IMG/VR virus record: IMGVR_UViG_3300020152_000019
DNA length: 25,485 bases
Origin: a virus
Direction: 5' to 3' (one strand)
Part shown: piece by piece, positions 1-7,277 of the stretch
Position numbering within the stretch: the first letter of the stretch is position 1
How the letters are laid out: the number at the start of each line of letters is the position of its first letter
Position numbers and translations under genes: made by a program
The notes under the pieces: generated by a model
What the model was told of the DNA's origin: nothing
What the model saw: only the letters and a program-made list of their open reading frames with translations
The model's database searches: none

Positions 1-413
1 TAGACCCGGAGTTAGCAGGTCGCCCTCATCAAGTTATCAATGAGTACGACTCTAAAGTAAGAGGGGATTTGAAAAAGTTTCCTTCTCCAAATATGAAAGA
101 GTGGAGCAGAGAGAGAAGACAAGTAAGTTTCTTCTTTGAATTTGTTCGGATAGCAAACGAACGAGAAACAGAACGTTTGAAACAGCTACATCCTAATCCT
201 GATCCTGTAAAGCAACTGATTTCGACGAAAGTACCTGAAACAGCGTATTTGGATAGACAGAATCTATATTCAACAATAGTTACATTCTTCAGAGATTTGA
301 AATCAGAAAAACTATTGGAAGATCCTTATTTCGTTAAATTAGCTTTAGGATATGGAATAGTTTATCTGTCTGATAAAGAAGTTCAACATTTGATTGAATT
401 AAATGAAAGATAA
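1..413 (+). CDS. hypothetical protein, 5'-truncated by the window edge
   Basis: The frame of ORF 69..413 stays open back to position 3 (DPELAGRPHQVINEYDSKVRGDL...), so the true start is probably upstream of the window. Confidence 0.7.
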   Translation, partial: DPELAGRPHQVINEYDSKVRGDLKKFPSPNMKEWSRERRQVSFFFEFVRIANERETERLKQLHPNPDPVKQLISTKVPETAYLDRQNLYSTIVTFFRDLKSEKLLEDPYFVKLALGYGIVYLSDKEVQHLIELNER

Positions 414-433
414 TAAAGTATAATAAAATAAGT

Positions 434-470
434 ATCTACCACGGATATGTTCCGTGGTAGATTTATCTTT
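434..470 (+). terminator. intrinsic terminator
   Basis: ATCTACCACGGA-TATGT-TCCGTGGTAGAT 12-bp hairpin followed by a T-rich tail. Confidence 0.7.
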
Positions 471-490
471 CATAAATAAAGGAGTTTAGT

Positions 491-1075
491 ATGACTAATT
501 CGTTTAAGAAGTTCATGGAGTCGCTTGATATGAACAAAGGCGACATGTTTAGCGAAATAGGAGAGTTGGGTAATATTCTTCGTAAGATCGAATATACTTC
601 TCATATTCAGAAAGAAGATTTAGTCGCAGCTTCTGAGAACACTATGATTCTTACATCGCCTGCTCCTAACTGGAGAGGATATCTTAATCTTCTCAGAAAC
701 TATATCAGGTTTCATAACATCCAATTTGCTTTTCTTGTCAGGAAAGCTAAAGACATAGCAAAGGATAAAGACAAAGTCATTAACGTACCTGACGAAAACA
801 GAATGCTGTTCTTCAGTAAGAGAATAGCGAGAACCTTACATAACATCTTCACCAAACAAGGCGAATACGCTAATTATATTCAAGACAAGAAAGAAGGAGA
901 AATTCCTGATTCAGTAGTAGGATTAGCTGTAGATGCTTATATATTCGAAAATCCTGTAACAGGAAAGTACGAATTAATCATGGTAAGTGTCACTAGAGGT
1001 CTTCGTTTAAATAGGGGAATAAACGGAGAGCCGACTATTTACAAGTTCGAAGAAATTATCGAAACAGTATTCTAA
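491..1075 (+). CDS. hypothetical protein
   Basis: 194 aa ORF with AAGGAG RBS. Confidence 0.8.
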   Translation: MTNSFKKFMESLDMNKGDMFSEIGELGNILRKIEYTSHIQKEDLVAASENTMILTSPAPNWRGYLNLLRNYIRFHNIQFAFLVRKAKDIAKDKDKVINVPDENRMLFFSKRIARTLHNIFTKQGEYANYIQDKKEGEIPDSVVGLAVDAYIFENPVTGKYELIMVSVTRGLRLNRGINGEPTIYKFEEIIETVF

Positions 1076-1089
1076 TTAAGGGAGCGATT

Positions 1090-1518
1090 GTGGGTAAAAC
1101 TATTAATAACGTTCTAGAAATCATTAAGATTTTTTATCTTCGTTTGGTGTACAGAACAAGTCCAGAGAAGATTAGATATCCGGATGACTTCGAAATCAGA
1201 TGTGCTTACGAGCGTAATAAAGAAGCTAAGCATTATAAATTAGAAGCAGCAATAGGTATGTTGCTTCGTAGATTTAAAATTCCTATTGAGCGGTCTATGA
1301 CCCTCACTTTACTCCTTACGTATATTGATGGCGATTTAGCCAATAAGGAAGATTACAAGAGAGTAGAGAGGCTTCTTAGATCTACTAACTATCGGAGGGA
1401 TGTTTTCATCTTCATGCAAGAAGTAGGAGACATCACTGAACAATCACTGAATAAACTTTATCCCGTTGGAAAGAAGCGAGATGAGTTAGAAAAATGGCTT
1501 AGCGGTTTATACGCATAA
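1090..1518 (+). CDS. hypothetical protein, paralogue of 1530..2000
   Basis: AGGGAG RBS, GTG start; C-terminus RRDVF..M.E..DI.E..LN..YPVGKKRDELEKWL.G is shared with the next ORF. Confidence 0.8.
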   Translation: MGKTINNVLEIIKIFYLRLVYRTSPEKIRYPDDFEIRCAYERNKEAKHYKLEAAIGMLLRRFKIPIERSMTLTLLLTYIDGDLANKEDYKRVERLLRSTNYRRDVFIFMQEVGDITEQSLNKLYPVGKKRDELEKWLSGLYA

Positions 1519-1529
1519 AGGAGTTTAAC

Positions 1530-2000
1530 ATGGATAAATTTTTCTTTAAGTTTGTATATTTTCTTGGATATTCAGTAGCTTGGATTAAGAGAATCCCTAA
1601 AAACCTTCGTCATTATTACTATGAAGTCAAATACGGAGGAGCTAATAAAGTTCCTATCGAGTTAGTTAAAGATGACATCAGTCAAGCAGCCAAAAATATG
1701 ATAAACGCTCAAGATTTTAAATTCAGCATTTATATCATGGATCTGCATAAGAAGTTTAATATCTCGACTGATCATTCAAACACATTCACTATCATGAGGA
1801 AGTTTTACCAGCAAGATTTGAATACGATCAACGAGTATAGTAAAATCAGTTCACTAATGCGTCCTGATGTTACTCGTAGAGAAATATTTAACCTGATGGT
1901 AGAGAATAAAGATATTCCGGAACATAAACTCAATTACTTCTTTCCTGTAGGAGAAAAGAGACAGGAACTTGAAGATTGGCTTGACGGTAAAATAAAATGA
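1530..2000 (+). CDS. hypothetical protein, paralogue of 1090..1518
   Basis: AAGGAG RBS; C-terminus RREIFNLMVENKDIPEHKLNYFFPVGEKRQELEDWLDG. Confidence 0.8.
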   Translation: MDKFFFKFVYFLGYSVAWIKRIPKNLRHYYYEVKYGGANKVPIELVKDDISQAAKNMINAQDFKFSIYIMDLHKKFNISTDHSNTFTIMRKFYQQDLNTINEYSKISSLMRPDVTRREIFNLMVENKDIPEHKLNYFFPVGEKRQELEDWLDGKIK

Positions 2001-2296
2001 AAAAACGATTTCTATCGCCTAACAACAAGTTAGAGCGTAACATAGAAATAGCCGAAAGGTTATTAAAAGACGAAACTCCGATAGCTGTGATAGCTGAAGA
2101 ATTTCAACTTTCAAAGAGCAGAACACGAGCAGTAGCTGAAAGTCTATTTAGGAAAATAATATTTTATTCTGACTTAAAAGAAAATGAGTTTCCTAAACAT
2201 GACATTTATAGGCTAACACAAGTGCGGGAACACAAAGAGTTCTGGTTCAGACAACTTAATAAGTTAAAGGAAGAGTTTAAAAATGAATGCAGCTAA
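1997..2296 (+). CDS. putative helix-turn-helix DNA-binding protein
   Basis: ERNIEIAERLLKDETPIAVIAEEFQLSKSRTRAVA resembles a sigma70-region-4/Mor-type HTH; ATGA overlap with the upstream gene. Confidence 0.6.
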   Translation: MKKRFLSPNNKLERNIEIAERLLKDETPIAVIAEEFQLSKSRTRAVAESLFRKIIFYSDLKENEFPKHDIYRLTQVREHKEFWFRQLNKLKEEFKNECS

Positions 2297-2558
2297 AGAT
2301 ACAACGGAATTGAATTTTGATTCTCGTAAATGTCCAGGTTCTGTGGTGGTTAGAAACGGAAGAGTCCCGTTAGGAATGATTGTAGTTTGCGCAGATGATG
2401 TGCCTGGTAAGATTAAAAAGGGTGATCGTTTCTTTATACCCATTACACAAAGTTCTTTAAGTGATGAGTTAAAGAATATTACTCCTGGTACATATCAAGA
2501 AGTAAAAGAAAAGGTAATCGATGTCTTTAAAAAACACACTTTTGATGGTTCTAGTTAA
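2283..2558 (+). CDS. hypothetical protein
   Basis: 91 aa ORF overlapping the upstream stop; purine-rich RBS. Confidence 0.7.
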   Translation: MNAAKDTTELNFDSRKCPGSVVVRNGRVPLGMIVVCADDVPGKIKKGDRFFIPITQSSLSDELKNITPGTYQEVKEKVIDVFKKHTFDGSS

Positions 2559-2600
2559 AAAATACTAACTAGCATATAAATTGAAGAATAGTATCAAGTT

Positions 2601-2627
2601 GGGCCTATAGCTCAGAGGTTAGAGCAG
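2601..2627 (+). pseudogene. truncated tRNA 5' fragment (acceptor 5' strand plus D-arm), Ile2-like
   Basis: GGGCCTA-TA-GCTC-AGAGGTTA-GAGC-AG is a near-copy of the 5' end of the tRNA starting at 2652; no anticodon arm or T-arm follows. Confidence 0.7.
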
Positions 2628-2651
2628 CTATAGGACAGTACTAGTTTCAAA

Positions 2652-2976
2652 GGGCCTTTAGCTCATGCTGGTTAGAGCAGCGAACTTAGCAATTGATATC
2701 TAAGGACATTGTCTATGATATCTATTAATGGGTCGCTTACGTACAAGTTAACTCTGGACGTAAGTAGAAGACGATCAAATTCGGTGAAACCCCTGGAGAA
2801 ATCCGAGGCAATACCGAGCCAAGCTTCGATAGTAATATCGTTGAAGGTGTAGAGACTAGACGGTCGTCCACGAAAGTGATGGTATAGTCCAGACAGCAAA
2901 CTCGAAAGAGGTAGTGAAAACTATAGCTGTAAGCATAATTCGTTGGTGCCGTGTTCGACTCACGGAAGGCCCACCA
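2652..2976 (+). tRNA. tRNA-Ile2 (anticodon CAU, lysidine type; Met not formally excluded), split by a group I intron; exons 2652-2686 and 2934-2976
   Basis: Joined exons fold into a full cloverleaf: acceptor GGGCCTT/AAGGCCC, D-stem GCTC/GAGC, anticodon stem GCGAA/TTCGT with loop CT^CATAA, T-arm CCGTG-TTCGACT-CACGG, discriminator A, encoded CCA. C4-G69 and C5-G68 are TilS determinants. G1-C72 and the absence of GGG/CCC in the anticodon stem argue against fMet. Confidence 0.92.
2687..2933 (+). ncRNA. group I self-splicing intron (247 nt, no ORF; resembles the IC3 bacterial tRNA introns)
   Basis: Exon U precedes it and it ends in G. Conserved core elements: AAATTCGGTGAAA, AATACCGAGCCAAG, GAAGGTGTAGAGACTA, ATGGTATAGTCC. 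Helices: P2 CTTACGT/ACGTAAG, P3 GACGATC/GGTCGTC, P4 TCGGT/ACCGA, P7 GACTA/TAGTC, P8 CAC-GAAA-GTG, P9 region ACAGC/GCTGT with two GAAA-capped hairpins. IGS ATGGGTCGC at 2728-2736. Confidence 0.93.
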
Positions 2977-2992
2977 TTATCATAACAAAGAT

Positions 2993-3027
2993 ATAAGAGA
3001 AGCGACAAACGCTTCTCTTATGTTTTC
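2993..3027 (+). terminator. intrinsic terminator after the tRNA
   Basis: ATAAGAGAAGCG-ACAAA-CGCTTCTCTTAT followed by GTTTT. Confidence 0.8.
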
Positions 3028-3043
3028 ATCCATAGGTGTTTAA

Positions 3044-3190
3044 ATGCCAGAACCTACTAACGTTAGTGAAGTGACGCCTAAGAGTCCTCCGGCACCTTAT
3101 GATACTCAATCTTTTTATGACAACTTATCAGAAGAAGAGAAGGCTAAAAAACCATATAGTGTTTGGATTAATGAATTAATTAAACGATGA
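3044..3190 (+). CDS. small hypothetical protein (48 aa, not in ORF track)
   Basis: AGGTG RBS; MPEPTNVSEVTPKSPPAPYDTQSFYDNLSEEEKAKKPYSVWINELIKR; fills the gap between two hairpins. Confidence 0.55.
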   Translation: MPEPTNVSEVTPKSPPAPYDTQSFYDNLSEEEKAKKPYSVWINELIKR

Positions 3191-3201
3191 AAAATATTAA
3201 A

Positions 3202-3235
3202 TACACTATCACAAGGTATCCCCTGTGATAGTGTA
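3202..3235. terminator. hairpin between convergent genes, probable terminator for DHFR
   Basis: TACACTATCACA...TGTGATAGTGTA 12-bp inverted repeat. Confidence 0.7.
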
Positions 3236-3243
3236 GAGTATGT

Positions 3244-3771
3244 TTATTTTTTTCTTTTGTAAATATCTAACATATATGAAATACCTTTGTCTTCGGGAAG
3301 ATTCATAAAGTATTCACTAGAAGCAAGATCAAAATAGCTTTGATAATGTTTTACATCGAAGAATGCATCACCGTCGTATTCCCCAAAGATGCGAGTGTGG
3401 TAGACTTCATCAGCTAAATGTACGGCTTGTTCATATACAGTAGCACCACCAATAATCCATACTTCTTTTTCTTTAGGTACTGATTTTAAATAATCAATTA
3501 AAGAATTGACTATAATAAGATTAGGATGCAAGACTGATGATCCTGCTAAAACGATATTGGAGATGGGTGTTTTAGTGACGACAACATTAGTACGTCCAGG
3601 AAGCGGTCTAAAACGTTCAGGAAGCGACTCATAGGTCTTTCTACCCATAACCACGATCTGACCTAAAGTAAGCTCTTTAAAGCGTCTAAGATCACTAGGA
3701 AGATGCCAAGGTAAACCGTTGTCTTTACCGATACAACCTAAAGCATCGGATGCATAAATCATTTTTATCAT
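3244..3771 (-). CDS. folA: dihydrofolate reductase
   Basis: IGKDNGLPWHLPSDLRRFKELT, VVMGRKTYESLP, RPLPGRTNVVVT, WIIGGATVY and GDAFF motifs; AAGGGAG RBS on the minus strand. Confidence 0.97.
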   Translation of the reverse strand: MIKMIYASDALGCIGKDNGLPWHLPSDLRRFKELTLGQIVVMGRKTYESLPERFRPLPGRTNVVVTKTPISNIVLAGSSVLHPNLIIVNSLIDYLKSVPKEKEVWIIGGATVYEQAVHLADEVYHTRIFGEYDGDAFFDVKHYQSYFDLASSEYFMNLPEDKGISYMLDIYKRKK

Positions 3772-3804
3772 AGTAACTCCCTTACAGAAATATCCATCTT
3801 ATTT

Positions 3805-3841
3805 TGAATTTTTTATAATTACATATATACTAATTGATCTT
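3805..3841 (+). promoter_or_regulatory. phage promoter motif, copy 1 (probably early)
   Basis: TGAA-N11-TACATATATA then CTAATTGATCTT; intergenic, upstream of an RBS. Confidence 0.8.
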
Positions 3842-3878
3842 TAACCATTTGGTCTTTAATAAGACAAGGAGTTGATAA

Positions 3879-4391
3879 ATGTTTACTGCTTTTGATTTTA
3901 GTGAAGAGTTCAGAAACTTTAAAGTCATGCTTGACAATGAATATGCATGGCAAGTAGTAAATAGCGATGTCTTTTCAGTGGATAACATGACGGATGAAGA
4001 ACTTCGTCAGTCTATCGTGCAAGACGTTTTGACTGTGACGATGTGGGAAAAACAGTCGGAACAAACCGCAGACTTCTCGTTGGATACTCTGTGTCGGTTC
4101 TTGAACGATGATCAACGTCAAAAGGTTGAACAAGCTTTCTCTCATCCAGAGATTTCTGGTTTGTTCAATATGTCCGACAAAAAGCAATTGCGAATCAGAA
4201 CGGAATCCGTAATCTTACAAGCAGCAATGGATTATGTTGGGGTATGGTTTACGGGGTTTGAAATCCCTGTAGGAGTAACCATTATCGATACCAGAGAAAT
4301 TGCAGAAAGAATAGGTACATTGGAAGCAGCGCTTTCTCTGATTTCTATGGATCTGGAGTGTACCGTAAAAGGTAACTCTACTATTAACTGA
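3879..4391 (+). CDS. hypothetical protein
   Basis: 170 aa acidic ORF, AAGGAG RBS, first gene after the promoter motif. Confidence 0.8.
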   Translation: MFTAFDFSEEFRNFKVMLDNEYAWQVVNSDVFSVDNMTDEELRQSIVQDVLTVTMWEKQSEQTADFSLDTLCRFLNDDQRQKVEQAFSHPEISGLFNMSDKKQLRIRTESVILQAAMDYVGVWFTGFEIPVGVTIIDTREIAERIGTLEAALSLISMDLECTVKGNSTIN

Positions 4392-4424
4392 ATCTAAAAA
4401 TCTATACATAAAAAGGAGTTTATC

Positions 4425-5333
4425 ATGGAACAAAATAATCAAGCAGCAGTAATTGCCGTCATCGAATACGTAAACGTGTACGCTAATGGTGTTCTTCGCA
4501 TCGGTGACGAAGTTATTATGAATATGGATAAAGAAGCTCGGGGCTGGGGTCGTAAAGGTCCCGCTGACGGTACTAAAGGTACTGTGATGGGTTTCTGGGA
4601 ATACTTCACTACCGAGAACTACAATCAAGGCTTCTGCAAACCTGGTATTTATCGTGGTAACGGTGCCGCTCTTGTGAAATGGGAGACTGGTGAAGTTGAT
4701 TTCGATCAACACGATCTTGCTATTCCTAAAGACCTTTACGAAGAACGTAAGAAAGATACGGCTTACGTAAATGCTTTTACCGAAAAAGTCAAGGTGTTTG
4801 ATTTGCCGAATTTCCGTTTCATGGTGGGTAACAAAGTAGCCGTCACCAACTATGACATGGAAAATGGAACAATCACTGCGATTGATTTCGAAGACATCAT
4901 CAATCTTCGTACTGGTGAACTTAAACCAGAAGAAGCTTGGCGTAAAAACCATATCATCAAAGTCGATTTCGATAAAGGTGGTACTGTAAGGGTTGCTGCT
5001 TCCGATCTGGTGTTTTTGGAATACGGTAATTATTGGGCTTATCTCAACGATAAGTCTGAACTGAAGTTCAAAGACCTTCAGGAAGAAGCAAGGTTTTACA
5101 GAAGTCTCGGTAAAGTAACCCAATTGATGAATCCGGCAACTGAGGATTATAGTTGGACTATCGAACAAGCAGTTGAAGCTGTCCGTAAAGGGGAAGCAGA
5201 CCTGATCGGAACTGCTGGTAGTTTCTTCGGTTCTACGCCGTTTCCCATCGTCTTCAAGTTTGACGAAGATCTCGCTGACCTCGCAGCTCGCTGTCGGGCT
5301 GAAATCATCAAAGGCTTTGCACAAGCCGCTTAA
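4425..5333 (+). CDS. hypothetical protein (possible SH3/KOW-like beta-barrel modules)
   Basis: 302 aa, AAGGAG RBS; LRIGDEV...GTKGTV and FMVGNKV...NGTITAID patterns suggest KOW/SH3-like units (weak). Confidence 0.8.
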   Translation: MEQNNQAAVIAVIEYVNVYANGVLRIGDEVIMNMDKEARGWGRKGPADGTKGTVMGFWEYFTTENYNQGFCKPGIYRGNGAALVKWETGEVDFDQHDLAIPKDLYEERKKDTAYVNAFTEKVKVFDLPNFRFMVGNKVAVTNYDMENGTITAIDFEDIINLRTGELKPEEAWRKNHIIKVDFDKGGTVRVAASDLVFLEYGNYWAYLNDKSELKFKDLQEEARFYRSLGKVTQLMNPATEDYSWTIEQAVEAVRKGEADLIGTAGSFFGSTPFPIVFKFDEDLADLAARCRAEIIKGFAQAA

Positions 5334-5347
5334 TAAAGGATATCAAT

Positions 5348-5674
5348 ATGAATCAGAAATTCTATATCGCTTTTAGCGTACACGGAACGAATTCGTTCAT
5401 CACTGCTGTGATGGAAACCAAAGATTTCCAACTCAGCAAAGACAAGAAGAAGGTCAAGATCGGTAAGCGTGAATTCGACGTGGCTCAATCCCGTCGTCCC
5501 GATTACGACCTGAAGAAGGACGGCTATAAGCTGCACGCCCAGGATCTGCTGACGAAAGACAGCAAACCCACGCGGTCCGTGCCGATGATTCTGCGCTTCT
5601 TCAACAATCTGGCGAAGGAAGGTTGGAAGATTGATAAGAACCACTTCGTCTACAATCATTACGTTAAACCGTAA
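5348..5674 (+). CDS. basic hypothetical protein
   Basis: 108 aa, Lys-rich, AAGGA RBS, strongly C/G-ending codon bias. Confidence 0.8.
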   Translation: MNQKFYIAFSVHGTNSFITAVMETKDFQLSKDKKKVKIGKREFDVAQSRRPDYDLKKDGYKLHAQDLLTKDSKPTRSVPMILRFFNNLAKEGWKIDKNHFVYNHYVKP

Positions 5675-5679
5675 TTAAC

Positions 5680-5745
5680 TCAAGAGGGAACTTTGATTCC
5701 CTCTTGATACTTAAGTGTATTGACAAGTATATTTAAGTATCAAGA
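5680..5745 (+). promoter_or_regulatory. two overlapping RNA hairpins in an intergenic leader
   Basis: 11-bp stem 5680-5690/5697-5707 and 20-bp stem 5702-5721/5726-5745 (three G.U pairs) share TCTTGA. Confidence 0.6.
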
Positions 5746-5765
5746 AAATATATAGGGAGAAAACT

Positions 5766-6653
5766 ATGACACTTACTCTTTATCGCGGTGATTCCGTTAA
5801 GATTAAACAATTCGAATTCAATAAGACTAACAAATGGTGCTTGCTTGGACAAGGTATCTATTTAACTAACAGTTTGAAAGTTGCTCAGACATATCGCACC
5901 AAGGACGCTGGTAAGTCCTATATGCATCAATTGTTTTATGGTGAATGCGATAACCGCAACGAAGCTTATGAAAAAGGTTTTGGTGGTTTTTGCAAAGTGC
6001 TGTGGGAGAAAGAACACGGTTGGTGTACTCGTTACCCGACTGGTACTGATCAACAGAAGTTTGAAGAAAAGCATCGCAACAAGTATCGTGCTTTGATTGA
6101 AGCAGGTGAAATTACGGCTGATTATACTACTCGTCCTGTGCTGGATAGTGGTTTTAGCTATTACCGTAACGCTTCACAACGTATCGCTAAAGTCAAAGAA
6201 GAAAAGAAGAAACACAAAGCTTATATCAAGGTTGTGTGGGAAGAAGATCCTAACATCGGTTATATTACGAAGTTTGAGTTCGAAGAAAACAAGTTTGAAC
6301 CGTTTCTTCTTAATGTCGATGTTGCTTGCAATGACGAGTTCTTCTGGTCTTTGATGTATGACGGTGGTGTGCGTATCGGTAAGCAAGGCGGTAACATGGA
6401 AGAATATATCCGTGCTAACTTCGGACGCAAGATTTTTGATTGCGTTGCGGAAGGCTTTGTTGATCCGAGAGGTAAACACCATAGTCATAAGCAAGATGCA
6501 TGGCGTAAGATCGGTAACATTCTTCGTCCCTACGGCACCATCGGTATGGAGTATAACGGAGGTGTGAGACTTGGTGGTGGTCATACTCATCGTGCTTTCT
6601 GTATCTGGGACGAAGAGTTCGTTAACGACCATAAAGTCGAACGCTTTAAATAA
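5766..6653 (+). CDS. putative ADP-ribosyltransferase-fold protein (ART-PolyVal-like) with a large central insertion
   Basis: N-terminal LYRGD...F.F.......LGQGIYLTNSLKVAQTY and C-terminal GTIGMEY...AFCIWDE match the YHG/G.G.Y.T...A..Y and GYDGI.Y...VVFD pattern of this family. Confidence 0.55.
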   Translation: MTLTLYRGDSVKIKQFEFNKTNKWCLLGQGIYLTNSLKVAQTYRTKDAGKSYMHQLFYGECDNRNEAYEKGFGGFCKVLWEKEHGWCTRYPTGTDQQKFEEKHRNKYRALIEAGEITADYTTRPVLDSGFSYYRNASQRIAKVKEEKKKHKAYIKVVWEEDPNIGYITKFEFEENKFEPFLLNVDVACNDEFFWSLMYDGGVRIGKQGGNMEEYIRANFGRKIFDCVAEGFVDPRGKHHSHKQDAWRKIGNILRPYGTIGMEYNGGVRLGGGHTHRAFCIWDEEFVNDHKVERFK

Positions 6654-6660
6654 ATAGGAG

Positions 6661-6697
6661 AACAATCGTAGAACATCTCTGCGATTGTTTTTCTTTG
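6661..6697 (+). terminator. intrinsic terminator
   Basis: AACAATCGTAGA-ACATC-TCTGCGATTGTT followed by a T tract. Confidence 0.75.
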
Positions 6698-6723
6698 TAT
6701 TTCTTTTATTAATGAAAGTAAAT

Positions 6724-7215
6724 ATGCTTAAGAAAATTCTTACTTGGCTTGGTCTCACCACAATCCATGCCGCTAATGAAAAGCTGCACGAAGGAATCAG
6801 TCAAGAACGCACGCGCCAACAGGAATTCCGAGATAAAATTGAACTCACCGAGCTTCAATCTTTGGTCGGTAAACCGGTAATTGGTTTCAGTAATGAATGG
6901 GAAAACATCGTTGTTGGTGTCGTGACCGATCTCCAATTCATCAGTAAAGCTCAAAAACCTATCCCTGTTGTTTTCAACTACCTCACAGGGAAAGAGCAAT
7001 TGGTGATTTGTAAACTGATGCCTTTTACCGAACAACGGTTGAAGGCTTTGATAAAGCTTGACCCTTATGAACGCTGGTGTTTGATTTCTCCAAGCAATAA
7101 ACCATATCGGGTCAACGATATAACTAAGAAACCTAAACTCTACACTGAAGAAGAAATTTTTCAGATTCTAGAGAACAAGGGTTTCCTGAAACTTCTGGAA
7201 AAAGAAACAGTTTAA
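6724..7215 (+). CDS. hypothetical protein
   Basis: ORF 6685..7215; start moved to the ATG at 6724 because the upstream part overlaps the terminator. Confidence 0.75.
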   Translation: MLKKILTWLGLTTIHAANEKLHEGISQERTRQQEFRDKIELTELQSLVGKPVIGFSNEWENIVVGVVTDLQFISKAQKPIPVVFNYLTGKEQLVICKLMPFTEQRLKALIKLDPYERWCLISPSNKPYRVNDITKKPKLYTEEEIFQILENKGFLKLLEKETV

Positions 7216-7224
7216 TTCAGAATT

Positions 7225-7260
7225 AGCTACGAGATTACTCTTGTAGCTTTTTCTTTTTTC
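7225..7260 (+). terminator. intrinsic terminator
   Basis: AGCTACGAGA-TTAC-TCTTGTAGCT followed by TTTTCTTTTTT. Confidence 0.85.
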
Positions 7261-7277
7261 TTGTTAAGGAGATAGTC

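Noticed and set aside
2672-2899. 75-aa minus-strand ORF, possible homing endonuclease
   Set aside because: It is antisense to the intron core and has no HNH, GIY-YIG, LAGLIDADG or PD-(D/E)XK motif; it is a shadow of the ribozyme.
4215-5659. Minus-strand ORFs 4215..5324 and 5330..5659
   Set aside because: They mirror + strand genes that have good RBSs and have implausible composition.
5720-5750. TTGACA as a sigma70 -35 element
   Set aside because: No good -10 at 16-18 nt spacing, and the hexamer lies at the hairpin loop.
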